Positions 39,059 through 48,966 of a stretch of 64,000 nucleotides of DNA are shown piece after piece. The stretch comes from Deltaproteobacteria bacterium. GTDB taxonomy: Bacteria > Bacillota > Clostridia > Acetivibrionales > UBA4821. Both the position numbers and the translations under genes were made by a program. The stretch lies in contig JBLMYQ010000051.1 of NCBI GenBank assembly GCA_050258375.1, forward strand, positions 23,719 to 87,718. Reading direction: 5' to 3'. The notes under the pieces are model-generated. The model was not told the DNA's origin. It was given only the letters and a program-made list of their open reading frames with translations, and made no database searches. Position 1 is the stretch's first letter; every line of letters starts with the position of its first letter.

Positions 39059-39448
39059 ATGAAATTAATATTAATTGGTGTGGTTATTATTCTGGTATTT
39101 TTATTGATTCATGCGATACGTATTTTGCGTGTAGTCAATGAAGCGATAAAAATAATCTCTGATTTGGAGAAAAATATTGGCAAAGCCAAAGACGATGCCA
39201 GAAATACTTTATCCCAAGACATCTTAGGAGAAATTGAAGGTTCATTATTTTCTCTCGTTAAGACATCTGCTTACGTTGGAATGAAGGTTTGTACAAACAA
39301 TCTGGCTGTATCTTTCCTTGATGTTAAATACTTTGAAGGAAAAGTGATAGCAGTTTTTGATAATGACCAGCAAGTATTGGTACAAACTGGGTACGGCGCA
39401 ACACATTTGATTTCGGTACTTCTTTTGGATGAATTAGAAGATAAATAA
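39059..39448 (+). CDS. Hypothetical membrane-anchored protein
   Basis: RBS GGGAGG, N-terminal TM helix, own terminator. Confidence 0.65.
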   Translation: MKLILIGVVIILVFLLIHAIRILRVVNEAIKIISDLEKNIGKAKDDARNTLSQDILGEIEGSLFSLVKTSAYVGMKVCTNNLAVSFLDVKYFEGKVIAVFDNDQQVLVQTGYGATHLISVLLLDELEDK

Positions 39449-39456
39449 AATACCTC

Positions 39457-39500
39457 AAACCCGCATATGCAGTTAATACTGCCTGCGGGTTTTTTCTTTT
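39457..39500 (+). terminator. Intrinsic terminator
   Basis: AAACCCGCA...TGCGGGTTTTTT. Confidence 0.8.
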
Positions 39501-39567
39501 GCACTCTATCGGAAAATAAGATTTTGTTTTATAATCTATATCAGAATCTTTTTATGGAGTAATAGAA

Positions 39568-40161
39568 ATGGATGCATACCTATATATACCTTCCAATGAA
39601 AAAACTGACGCTTTAATGTGCGGCATAAAGCTATCATCAAAAGCTGATAAAACCGTTGAGATAAAGGGCTATCCTACCCAGTGTATATCAGCACTGCTGA
39701 ATCCCAGAGATGATATAAAAAAGTATAAATCATCTGCTTTTTCGTGCTTGAGAATAGACGTCAGCTCTGAAAGCTGTTACATTGCAGACAAGTCCTTATA
39801 TGGCAACAAAGACCTGAAGGAGCTCTACTCCAAAACCATTATTCCGCCAAAGGATTATATCTTCGGAACATATCGCAATCCCGAATGCCTTATTCCCAGA
39901 ACAATTCTGCCTGAGAATCTTAGTGATGCGGATAAACCGTTAGGTAGCCCTTTACTCTATCAAAGCTCCGAAGAACTATATATAAATAATCTTTTAGAAA
40001 ATTTTAGAGAAAAATATCCTGATTTTAATGAAACAATACTTTCGTTATTTATTGAATTAAATCAAAAGGATTGGAAACTAAAAAGGACCATAAATAAAGA
40101 CCTCCTGATTTTTTCAAACCAGGAGGATGATGACAGTACATATTTTACTATACACACATAA
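39568..40161 (+). CDS. Hypothetical protein
   Basis: 197-aa ORF with GGAG RBS; no confident family. Confidence 0.7.
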   Translation: MDAYLYIPSNEKTDALMCGIKLSSKADKTVEIKGYPTQCISALLNPRDDIKKYKSSAFSCLRIDVSSESCYIADKSLYGNKDLKELYSKTIIPPKDYIFGTYRNPECLIPRTILPENLSDADKPLGSPLLYQSSEELYINNLLENFREKYPDFNETILSLFIELNQKDWKLKRTINKDLLIFSNQEDDDSTYFTIHT

Positions 40162-40166
40162 TAGCT

Positions 40167-42239
40167 TTAGCTTAATTTAAATTCTGACACTGCCTTCAAA
40201 AGATTGCTTGCTTCCTTTGCGAGGGAATCATTTGAAGAAGCGATTTCGTTCGTTCCTCCAGCAATCTGGCTTGCCGATTCATTCATATTTTTAACAGCTA
40301 GTACTACTTCTGCACTTGCTGCAGTTTGTTCTTCGATGGCAGCCGCTATAGTATTTGCCAAATCATTTACATTATATGCAGCTTTGCTAACCTCTTTAAT
40401 CATTTTTTCCTGACTCTCTATAACCATTTCAACATTTTTAACTTGTCTGGCCGTTTCTTCAACTGCATACTTAATTTGTCCCAATGCGCTTTCTGTTTCC
40501 TTTGCTAATTGAACTCCTATTTCAACCTGCTGTGCTCCGTTCTTGGCAGTATCAACTGCCGCTCCTACCTCCTCCTGAATTCCCCTTATCAGCTTTGTAA
40601 TCTCTTTGGTTGCCTCGCCGCTCTTTTCTGCCAAACTCCTTACCGCACCCGCAACAACCGCAAAGCCTTTTCCATGCTCGCCAGCTCTTGCAGCTTCAAT
40701 TGCAGCATTCAGTGCCAATAAATTTGTCTGCTCCGCTATATCGTCAATAACATCCACTATTTCTCCAATATCAATGGCAGATTTCCCCAATCCCCTTATA
40801 GCAATTACCAAATCACCGACAGCTTTATTTATTTCATCCATCCCATTTTTAGTCTTTTCGACAGAAATTTTACCTGTTTCGGCTGCCGTTATGCTGTTTT
40901 GGGATTGAGCTGTAACTTCTCCGGCGCTTTTTGTAATTTCATCAGTTAATTTATCTATCTCACTTATTAATACAATAACTGAGCTAACATTGGCGGTTAC
41001 TTCCTGTATATTCATTGATATATCCTGTATGCTTGCATCCAACTGCTCCATAGAACTAAATGTATGTTCTGATGCCAAAGACTGGTTCTCGCTGCTGGAG
41101 GCTATCTGCTGGGTAATAGCACTTGTCTGTTCTGCCGCAGATGAAACCATTGAGGATGAATCCAATATTGCTGTTAACATATGCCTTAGACGTTCAACCA
41201 TTTTGTTTAATGACTGCGCCATTTGCGCCATCTCGTCTCTGCCTTTTACTTCAGCTGCTACAGTAAGGTTTCCGCCAGAAACCTCTTCAGTCGTTTTAAC
41301 CATTTTGTTTATAGGCTTTATGATTTGACTAATATTAAATATGATTACAAAGCAAATAGCTATTATTATAATTAGAGAAAGCAAAGAGGAAACAACTGCA
41401 TAAGAATCAATATCTCCATAAACCTCATTCCGGGGCGCTATTAAGACCATGCTCCAACCAGTAGAACCTATAGGTCCAAAAGATAAAACCTTATTTATGT
41501 TATTATGTTTAATAGATCTATAAAATCCTCTTTCTCCGGCTATAGCTTTTTTTGCAAATTCAGTTATTGTTTTTTCCTGGTTCTGTAAAAAATTCACTTT
41601 TAAAATACTCTTTGCATCAGGATGTGCAATAACTGTAGCCTCTTTATTCATTATAAAAGCATATCCTGTTTTTGCGAATTTTTCTTTGTTAATCTGCTTT
41701 GAAAACTCTTCCATGCTTATGGTTTGCGCAAAAGCTCCTATAATTACTCCATTTTTTTTAACCGGTGAAACAGCAATAATAGCTGGGTTACCTGTAGCCT
41801 TAGAAATTACCGGATCTGAAATAACCGTTTGTCCCTTCATAGCTCTTTTAAAATATTCTTCTTGTGCAACACTTCCTGTTATACCAGTGTTAGTTTGAAA
41901 TCTTCCGTTTAAATCAATAACAGTAAACGCCACTGTCTCTTTACAAATGTCTTTTATCTCAGAAATATAATTTTTTAGCATTGAGCTATTACCAGTTAAT
42001 ATAGCATTCCTTACCTCATCAGTTTTAGCATTAATTTCGACTTGACTTTCCCATTGATCTAATCTACCCTGACAATACCTTTCCATTTTATCAACTTTAG
42101 CATAACATATTTCTTGTACATCATTATTTACCTGCTTAGTTATCATTAAGGTTGTAAAAGCTGCAATTATAGCCATTCCAATTAAAAATACGTTTAACAC
42201 AGGAACAAGTACTTTCGTTTTTATGCTCTTAAAATTCAT
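40167..42239 (-). CDS. Methyl-accepting chemotaxis protein (dCache-HAMP-MCP)
   Basis: Two TM helices, [43 protein letters not shown]. Confidence 0.95.
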   Translation of the reverse strand: MNFKSIKTKVLVPVLNVFLIGMAIIAAFTTLMITKQVNNDVQEICYAKVDKMERYCQGRLDQWESQVEINAKTDEVRNAILTGNSSMLKNYISEIKDICKETVAFTVIDLNGRFQTNTGITGSVAQEEYFKRAMKGQTVISDPVISKATGNPAIIAVSPVKKNGVIIGAFAQTISMEEFSKQINKEKFAKTGYAFIMNKEATVIAHPDAKSILKVNFLQNQEKTITEFAKKAIAGERGFYRSIKHNNINKVLSFGPIGSTGWSMVLIAPRNEVYGDIDSYAVVSSLLSLIIIIAICFVIIFNISQIIKPINKMVKTTEEVSGGNLTVAAEVKGRDEMAQMAQSLNKMVERLRHMLTAILDSSSMVSSAAEQTSAITQQIASSSENQSLASEHTFSSMEQLDASIQDISMNIQEVTANVSSVIVLISEIDKLTDEITKSAGEVTAQSQNSITAAETGKISVEKTKNGMDEINKAVGDLVIAIRGLGKSAIDIGEIVDVIDDIAEQTNLLALNAAIEAARAGEHGKGFAVVAGAVRSLAEKSGEATKEITKLIRGIQEEVGAAVDTAKNGAQQVEIGVQLAKETESALGQIKYAVEETARQVKNVEMVIESQEKMIKEVSKAAYNVNDLANTIAAAIEEQTAASAEVVLAVKNMNESASQIAGGTNEIASSNDSLAKEASNLLKAVSEFKLS

Positions 42240-42650
42240 GATTAACCCCTTTCAAAGATAATCTTATCTTCTAATTTTTCGTTGACTTGGTAATTGAAAA
42301 TTATAACTAAAGAAAATTACAACTGCTTGAAACAGAGGGTAAAATATTAGATATTTTTAAAATACCGATGGGAATTTATAGAAATATCGTCTTGCATGTT
42401 TTGCTTGTCCAAATTATACTTTATTATACTTTTGTTTACATTTAATTTCAACCTTCTTAACAAACAGCTATATGGGCTTTTTTGCCATGTTTTGTCAATT
42501 TTTGTTGTTTTAATACAATATGTATACCAGTAGTTCTTCGCTAAAATAGTTTTCCGGAGGGTATGATTATGATATAATTCATTGTGAAATCTATAGTTGC
42601 CTTAGTAATAAATATTATACAAATCGTTTTATTCAATAGAGGAGAAAAAC

Positions 42651-44150
42651 ATGGAATACATTAGTACCAGAGGATACAAAAATCATATAACTGCCTCATC
42701 TGCAATTGTTTCAGGAATTGCTCCTGATGGTGGTTTATTCGTTCCCAGATGCATTCCGGTATTATCACAAAATGAAATAATAGGATTATACAAAAAGAAC
42801 TTTCAGGATATTGCTTTTTTTATAATTAAGAAGTTTATACCTGATATTGAAAATGAAGATTTAAAAAAATGCATATCACAAGCATATAATTCCAAAAGCT
42901 TTGATAATCCTTTGATTTGTCCTTTAAGACCCCTTACTGATTCCATTTTAATGCTTGAGTTATGGCATGGACCTACCTGCGCTTTTAAAGATATAGCACT
43001 TCAGCTTCTTCCGAGATTACTTACTGTATCTGCTAAAAACCTTGGAGACGAAAGCACTTTTGTAATACTTGCTGCAACCTCAGGCGATACAGGCAAAGCT
43101 GCACTTGAAGGCTTTAAGGATGTACCTAAAACAAAAGTTGTGGTGTTTTTCCCTCAGGACGGTGTAAGTGATATCCAAAAAAGCCAGATGGTTACTCAAG
43201 AGGGTAACAATGTACATGTCATTGGCGTTAATGGGAATTTCGACCATGCGCAGAGCGGTGTTAAAGAAATTTTTGCAGATAAAGAGCTTTTAAATACCCT
43301 AGCTGCAAAAAACATGAAGCTTTCATCGGCAAATTCAATTAATTGGGGAAGACTTCTGCCGCAAATAGTATATTATTTTTCTTCGTATATGGCTCTATTA
43401 AAATCATCGCATATAAAATTTGGTGATAAAATAAATGTATGCATACCAACCGGAAATTTTGGCAATATAATGGCTGGTTATTATGCCAAAAAAATGGGCT
43501 TGCCAATAAACAAGCTGATAATCGCAACAAATCAAAACGATGTGCTTGCCAGATTTGTTAAAACAGGAGTATACGATGCAAGCAAGGATTTAAAAACAAC
43601 CATCTCGCCATCAATGGATATACTGGTTTCAAGTAATCTTGAAAGATTATTATTTGAAGCTTCAGGACATGATTCAGAAAAAGTTTTAGAGCTTATGAAC
43701 AGCCTTAAACAAAACCGCAGCTATAAGGTTGATAAAGAAATATTTTCTTTTATAAGAGAAGATTTTTATGCAGATTACGCAACAGAAAAGAGCACTTTAA
43801 AATCCATAAAGAATGTGTTCAGGAATTATAAATATGTTGTTGACCCACATACAGCAGTAGGGCTGCATGTTTACAACAAATATGTAAAAAAGACCGAAGA
43901 CCATACGCTTACTATTATTGCAAGCACTGCTAGTCCTTACAAATTTAACCGCAGTGTAATTAATGCCCTTAATAAAAAAGCTCAATCTTTTGAGAACAAG
44001 GATGAATTTGAACTGCTTAATATTCTTTCAGCCACAACTAAAACCTTGGTTCCAAAGCCTTTAAAACATTTAGCTTCAAAACCGGTTTTGCATAATACAG
44101 TTTGCGAAAAGGATGAAATGAAAAAGGTATTAGAAAAAATATTAGAATAA
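42651..44150 (+). CDS. thrC: Threonine synthase
   Basis: YISTRG, ELWHGPTCAFKD, ATSGDTG, SANSINWGR, PTGNFGN. Confidence 0.97.
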   Translation: MEYISTRGYKNHITASSAIVSGIAPDGGLFVPRCIPVLSQNEIIGLYKKNFQDIAFFIIKKFIPDIENEDLKKCISQAYNSKSFDNPLICPLRPLTDSILMLELWHGPTCAFKDIALQLLPRLLTVSAKNLGDESTFVILAATSGDTGKAALEGFKDVPKTKVVVFFPQDGVSDIQKSQMVTQEGNNVHVIGVNGNFDHAQSGVKEIFADKELLNTLAAKNMKLSSANSINWGRLLPQIVYYFSSYMALLKSSHIKFGDKINVCIPTGNFGNIMAGYYAKKMGLPINKLIIATNQNDVLARFVKTGVYDASKDLKTTISPSMDILVSSNLERLLFEASGHDSEKVLELMNSLKQNRSYKVDKEIFSFIREDFYADYATEKSTLKSIKNVFRNYKYVVDPHTAVGLHVYNKYVKKTEDHTLTIIASTASPYKFNRSVINALNKKAQSFENKDEFELLNILSATTKTLVPKPLKHLASKPVLHNTVCEKDEMKKVLEKILE

Positions 44151-44192
44151 AAATACCGGCAGCTGCAATTGCAGCTGCCGGTATTTTTATTC
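44145..44192. terminator. 48-bp perfect palindrome, bidirectional terminator of thrC and trpA
   Basis: GAATAAAAATACCGGCAGCTGCAA|TTGCAGCTGCCGGTATTTTTATTC. Confidence 0.9.
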
Positions 44193-44981
44193 ATCCAATG
44201 CCTTCCTCAATTCCTCTACTAATCTTCTTACACCTTCAATTGCTTTATTTATCGCGTCTACCTCTTCGATTTTTTTCACAATCGCACTTCCAACAATAAC
44301 ACCTTCACTGAATTCCTTTATGCTTCTCACCTGCTCCGGCGTAGAAATACCAAATCCGACAGCCCTGGGTATATCTGTATAGCTATGTATTTCTTTAACA
44401 AATTCAGCAAGATTTTTATGAAATTCTTCTCTTACACCTGTTACACCCAAAGAAGAAACGCAGTAAACAAATCCTTTTGCGTCTTTTGCTATTCTTTTCA
44501 TTCTCTCTTTTGAGGTTGGTGCAATTAAGGTTATAACATTTATACCAAATTCCTGTGCTGTAGAATTTATCTCTTCCTTCTCTTCAAAAGGCAGGTCCGG
44601 AACTATTACTCCATCAACTCCTGTTTCCTCACATTTTTTGAAGAAATCATCCAATCCATATTTAAATATGCAATTAAAATATATTAGTAAAATCAGTGGT
44701 ATCTCTGTTTTTTCCCTTGCTCTACTTACAACAGCAAAAACATCCTCAATTTTCATACCGTTTTTTAATGCGCGTTCAGATGCAGCCTGAATAACCGGTC
44801 CTTCAGCAAGCGGGTCTGAAAAAGGAACACCTAATTCAATTATATCCGCTCCTGCATTCTCCATAGCTTCAATAAGCTCAATAGTCGCTTCCAGACTAGG
44901 GTCTCCAGCAGTTACAAAGGTTATTAGTGCTTTCTTCCCTTTCTCATTTAATGTTTTAAATTTATCATCAATTCTATTCAT
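44187..44981 (-). CDS. trpA: Tryptophan synthase alpha chain
   Basis: ELGVPFSDPLAEGPVIQ, VPDLP, GVTG, GFGIS. Confidence 0.98.
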   Translation of the reverse strand: MNRIDDKFKTLNEKGKKALITFVTAGDPSLEATIELIEAMENAGADIIELGVPFSDPLAEGPVIQAASERALKNGMKIEDVFAVVSRAREKTEIPLILLIYFNCIFKYGLDDFFKKCEETGVDGVIVPDLPFEEKEEINSTAQEFGINVITLIAPTSKERMKRIAKDAKGFVYCVSSLGVTGVREEFHKNLAEFVKEIHSYTDIPRAVGFGISTPEQVRSIKEFSEGVIVGSAIVKKIEEVDAINKAIEGVRRLVEELRKALDE

Positions 44982-44998
44982 ATAATCACTCCTCCTAT

Positions 44999-45133
44999 AA
45001 CTTACCCCTAGCCCCTCTCTTTTTAAAAGAGGGGAACTAGCTTTTATTTTATTATAATTTGAAAAATTATCTCTCCCTGAATATCTAGTTTTTCCCTCTG
45101 TTTTATAAGAGAGGGAAGCTAGAAGGGTGAGTT
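44999..45133. mobile_element. REPIN-like doublet, type A, between trpB and trpA
   Basis: Left end AACTTACCCCTAGCCCCTCTCTTTTTAAAAGAGGGGAACTAG; right end reverse-complemented AACTCACCCTTCTAGCTTCCCTCTCTTATAAAACAGAGGGAAAAACTAG. Confidence 0.75.
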
Positions 45134-46306
45134 CATATACTTAGCAATAGACGTTACATCCTTATCTCCTCTTCCTGAAATATTTATTACAACAATCCGG
45201 CTTTTTTGCATATCAGGAATAATCTTTAAAGCATATGCAACTGCATGCGCGCTCTCAATTGCAGGTATTATTCCTTCAATTCTTGTAAGATATTTAAAGG
45301 CTTCAACCGCTTGGTCATCAGTTATAGGATAGTATTCTGCCCTATTTTTTTTAAAAAGATTAGCATGCTCAGGTCCTATACCGGGATAATCCAGACCGGC
45401 AGAGATTGAATGAACAGGCATTATCTGCCCTTCTTCATTTTGTAGGAAATATGATTTCATTCCATGGAAAACCCCGATACTTCCTTTAGTTAGTGTCGCA
45501 GCATGTTTTTCTGTTTCAATCCCTAATCCAGCCGCTTCAACACCAATCAGTCTGACATTTTTATCTTCAATAAACGGATAGAACAAACCCATAGCATTAC
45601 TTCCACCGCCAACGCAAGCTATCAGAACATCGGGAAGCCGTCCTTCAACCTGCATCATTTCTTTTTTTACTTCATCTCCAATTATTCTCTGAAAGTCGCG
45701 TACGATTGTCGGGTAAGGATGCGGTCCCATTACTGAGCCAAGAACATAAAACGTATCCTCGACGCTCCCTGCCCAGCTTCTCATGGCTTCACTTGTTGCA
45801 TCTTTTAAGGTGCCGGTTCCTGCTTTGACCGGAATAACCTCCGCGCCTAGAAGCCTCATCCTGAAAACATTCAACGCTTGCCTTTCAATATCTTCAATTC
45901 CCATAAAAACTTTGCATTCCATGTCAAAAAGTGCTGCAGCCGTAGCTGTTGCGACTCCATGCTGACCAGCGCCCGTTTCAGCAATAACCCTTTTCTTTCC
46001 CATTCTTTTAGCTAATAAAGCCTGGCCAAGAACATTATTTATTTTATGTGAGCCTGTATGGTTCAAATCCTCTCTTTTAAGATAAACCTTAGCTCCTCCC
46101 AGCTCTTTTGTCATTCTTTCGGCAAAGTACAAGGGCGATGGTCTTCCGGCATAATTTTTAAGATAATACTGATATTCCTTAATAAATTCCGGGTCATTAA
46201 TATACCTTACATGAGCTTCTTCAAGCTCTGCCAATGCATTCATCAATGTTTCAGGCACATACTGCCCTCCAAAATCCCCAAATCTTCCCCTCTTTACATT
46301 TTCCAT
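45119..46306 (-). CDS. trpB: Tryptophan synthase beta chain
   Basis: [38 protein letters not shown]. Confidence 0.98.
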   Translation of the reverse strand: MENVKRGRFGDFGGQYVPETLMNALAELEEAHVRYINDPEFIKEYQYYLKNYAGRPSPLYFAERMTKELGGAKVYLKREDLNHTGSHKINNVLGQALLAKRMGKKRVIAETGAGQHGVATATAAALFDMECKVFMGIEDIERQALNVFRMRLLGAEVIPVKAGTGTLKDATSEAMRSWAGSVEDTFYVLGSVMGPHPYPTIVRDFQRIIGDEVKKEMMQVEGRLPDVLIACVGGGSNAMGLFYPFIEDKNVRLIGVEAAGLGIETEKHAATLTKGSIGVFHGMKSYFLQNEEGQIMPVHSISAGLDYPGIGPEHANLFKKNRAEYYPITDDQAVEAFKYLTRIEGIIPAIESAHAVAYALKIIPDMQKSRIVVINISGRGDKDVTSIAKYMNSPF

Positions 46307-46399
46307 ATTTATCTCCTCCCTTTAATTAATAACAAATGCCAGTTAACTCTTCCATCTATCCAATGACTATTGCCCATAAATAATTGGACGAAGTCGTTT

Positions 46400-46441
46400 T
46401 ATCTCCCCTCTATTTTAAGAGAGGGGTTAGGGGTGAGTTAA
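46400..46441 (-). repeat. REP-like hairpin, type A, containing the trpC stop (degenerate partner near 46343-46361)
   Basis: Minus strand TTAACTCACCCC-TAA-CCCCTCTCTTAAAATAGAGGGGAGATA. Confidence 0.8.
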
Positions 46442-47209
46442 TTCCTTCAATTTCTCCTTGGGTGAATCAGCCTTCATGAGCACCTCTCCAACCAGCACAG
46501 CGTCAACTCCCAAACCCTTGAGATATTCCATATCACTTCTTGTTTTTATCCCGCTTTCACTAACAACTATTCGGCTTTTAGGTATCATTCCAATCAATCT
46601 TTCTGTTGTATCAAGCTTTACTTCAAATGTTTTTAAGTTCCTGTTATTAATACCAATTATTTCAGCATTTGTTTCCAATGCCCGTTTTAATTCCTCTTCA
46701 TCATGAACTTCAATAATACAAGCCATTCCAAGGATTTTTGAAACTATCTGGAATGTCTTTAATTCATCATCTGAAAGTATTGAAACAATCAAGAGTATTG
46801 CATCTGCACCAGCCATTCTTGACTGATAAATCTGCCTTAAATCGATTATAAAATCTTTTCTCAATATAGGAAGTGGAATCCTCTGCCTGACCTTTATCAA
46901 ATTATTTATGCTTCCTTTGAAGTAATGCTCTTCTGTAAGAACAGAAATCATATCAGCTCCACCTTCAAAATATTCCTTGCCCATCAAGGGAGGATCAACA
47001 GATTCCATAATAATTCCCTTTGAAGGTGATGCAGGCTTTATTTCAGCAATTACTGCCAGACCATCACTTTTTTTGAGTACCCTTGTAACATCTAAGGCAG
47101 GACTAACCTTAGACCTTAATAACTTTTGCTTCATGGTTTCACTTGAAATGCTGCCAAATTCTTCTTGTATGGTTTTTCTCTTTCTTCCGACAATTTCGTC
47201 CAGTATCAT
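46427..47209 (-). CDS. trpC: Indole-3-glycerol phosphate synthase
   Basis: IAEIKPASPSKG, SVLTE, LRKDFI, GINNRNL, SESG. Confidence 0.97.
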   Translation of the reverse strand: MILDEIVGRKRKTIQEEFGSISSETMKQKLLRSKVSPALDVTRVLKKSDGLAVIAEIKPASPSKGIIMESVDPPLMGKEYFEGGADMISVLTEEHYFKGSINNLIKVRQRIPLPILRKDFIIDLRQIYQSRMAGADAILLIVSILSDDELKTFQIVSKILGMACIIEVHDEEELKRALETNAEIIGINNRNLKTFEVKLDTTERLIGMIPKSRIVVSESGIKTRSDMEYLKGLGVDAVLVGEVLMKADSPKEKLKELTHP

Positions 47210-48228
47210 AATTCCACTCTCCTTGTGTACTCTACAAACTCTTCCAGCTTTCTCGCCGCCTTACCTGAATCAATAATATCATTGGCAAGGATTACCCCTT
47301 CATAAATATCTTTAGCTTTATTTCCAATATACAATGCTGCTGCGCTGTTTAATATAATCGCATCCCTTGCTGCCCCTTTTTTCCGTCCGTTCAATATCTC
47401 CTTTATAATCAAAGCATTTTCAGCCTTTTCCCCGCCTCGCAGCTCCTCAACGCTTGACTTTTTAATACCAAAATCATCCGGCGTCAGCGTGTAATTTATA
47501 ATTTCCCCTTCATTTATTTGGGTAATAAAGGTAGAACCGCTGACAGTAATTTCGTCCAATCCGTCACTTCCGTGAACAATCATAGCTCTTTGGGTTCCTA
47601 ATCTCAAAAGAACCTCTGCCATAGTATCTGCAAGTTCCTTTTTAAATACTCCGATAAGCTGACCCGAAGCATTAGCAGGATTGGTTAAAGGACCTAAAAT
47701 ATTGAATACAGTTCTAATTCCAAGCTCTTTTCTTGCTCCGCCGACATTTTTCATAGATTTATGGAAATTAGGTGCGAACATAAAGCCTATTCCAATTTCC
47801 TCTATGCACTTTTCAACTTCAGCAGGCTGTAAATCAATAATTATTCCAAGCTCTTCAAGCACGTCAGCACTTCCGCATTTACTCGAAACTGACCTGTTTC
47901 CATGTTTTGCAACCGGAATCCCTGCTGCCGAAACAACAAACGCTGCCCCTGTAGAAATATTGATGGTATGTGCGCAATCTCCACCTGTTCCACATGTATC
48001 AACTGAGAAATCAACCTTTGGGTAAATGCATTCAGCTTTTTTTCTCATGGTTTTTACAAACCCTGTTATTTCTTCAACCGTTTCACCCTTCATTCTTAAT
48101 GCTGTAAGAAAGCTTCCGATTTGTGCCTGCGCAGCACTTCCATCCATTATTATATCCATAGCCTGCTCTGCTTCATTTTCTGTAAGATTTACTCTCTCAA
48201 CCACTTTTGCAATAAATGCTTTCAACAT
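47206..48228 (-). CDS. trpD: Anthranilate phosphoribosyltransferase
   Basis: DTCGTGGD, KHGNRSVSSKCGSADVLE, GLDE. Confidence 0.97.
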   Translation of the reverse strand: MLKAFIAKVVERVNLTENEAEQAMDIIMDGSAAQAQIGSFLTALRMKGETVEEITGFVKTMRKKAECIYPKVDFSVDTCGTGGDCAHTINISTGAAFVVSAAGIPVAKHGNRSVSSKCGSADVLEELGIIIDLQPAEVEKCIEEIGIGFMFAPNFHKSMKNVGGARKELGIRTVFNILGPLTNPANASGQLIGVFKKELADTMAEVLLRLGTQRAMIVHGSDGLDEITVSGSTFITQINEGEIINYTLTPDDFGIKKSSVEELRGGEKAENALIIKEILNGRKKGAARDAIILNSAAALYIGNKAKDIYEGVILANDIIDSGKAARKLEEFVEYTRRVEL

Positions 48229-48282
48229 ATCCCTCACTCCCTTTAAATTTAAAATTTATTCAACTTGCTAATGTTAAATTCA

Positions 48283-48407
48283 GACCTCCCTATCCCTCCT
48301 AAAAGGAGGCGAACAGCAACTTTTGCAAAAACGTATTTATCGTCTTTCATAAAGATTACTTTCAGAATCCTACTAATCGCTCCCTTTTCAGGGAGGATAG
48401 GAGGGTC
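48283..48407. mobile_element. REPIN-like doublet, type B, between trpG and trpD
   Basis: Left end GACCTCCCTATCCCTCCTAAAAGGAGGCGAA; right end reverse-complemented GACCCTCCTATCCTCCCTGAAAAGGGAGCGAT. Confidence 0.75.
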
Positions 48408-48966
48408 AGCTTAAAAAATTTCTCAGAATCTCCATACCGTTTTCAGTCAAAATCGACTCAGGATGAAACTGTATTCCAAACAAAGGATAATCCTTATGCT
48501 TAATTCCCATTATGCATTCATCATCAGTTTCAGCTGTAATTATCAGCTCTTTCGGAAGAGTTTTTCTGTCAATTACCAGAGAATGGTACCTTCCAGCCTT
48601 TATAGTTTTTGGCAAATTTTTGAACAGTTCACACTCACCGAGTCTTACCTCTGAAGCCTTTCCATGTACAAGCTCCTCTGCGCGGATGATTTTACCTCCA
48701 AAAACCTCTCCGATTGCCTGGTGTCCTAAGCAAACTCCTAAAATAGGAATCATTTTATAAAAATCCTTTATTAGCTGTCCAGTTATCCCTGCATCCTTTG
48801 GATGCCCTGGTCCGGGCGAAATAACTATATGCGATGGATTGAGCTTTCTTATTTCCTCTATGGTAATTTTGTCGTTTCTGTACACCTGAATATCCTGATT
48901 AATCTCTCCAATATACTGATAAAGATTATAGGTAAACGAATCATAATTATCGATTATTAAAATCAT
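48406..48966 (-). CDS. trpG: Anthranilate synthase component II
   Basis: IDNYDSFTYN, SPGPG, GVCLGHQ, QFHPES. Confidence 0.96.
   Translation of the reverse strand: MILIIDNYDSFTYNLYQYIGEINQDIQVYRNDKITIEEIRKLNPSHIVISPGPGHPKDAGITGQLIKDFYKMIPILGVCLGHQAIGEVFGGKIIRAEELVHGKASEVRLGECELFKNLPKTIKAGRYHSLVIDRKTLPKELIITAETDDECIMGIKHKDYPLFGIQFHPESILTENGMEILRNFLS

Noticed and set aside
42240-42650. c-di-GMP riboswitch or sigma-28 promoter upstream of the MCP
   Set aside because: No GEMM consensus seen; a GACGATAT -10-like site exists but the -35 spacing is unconvincing
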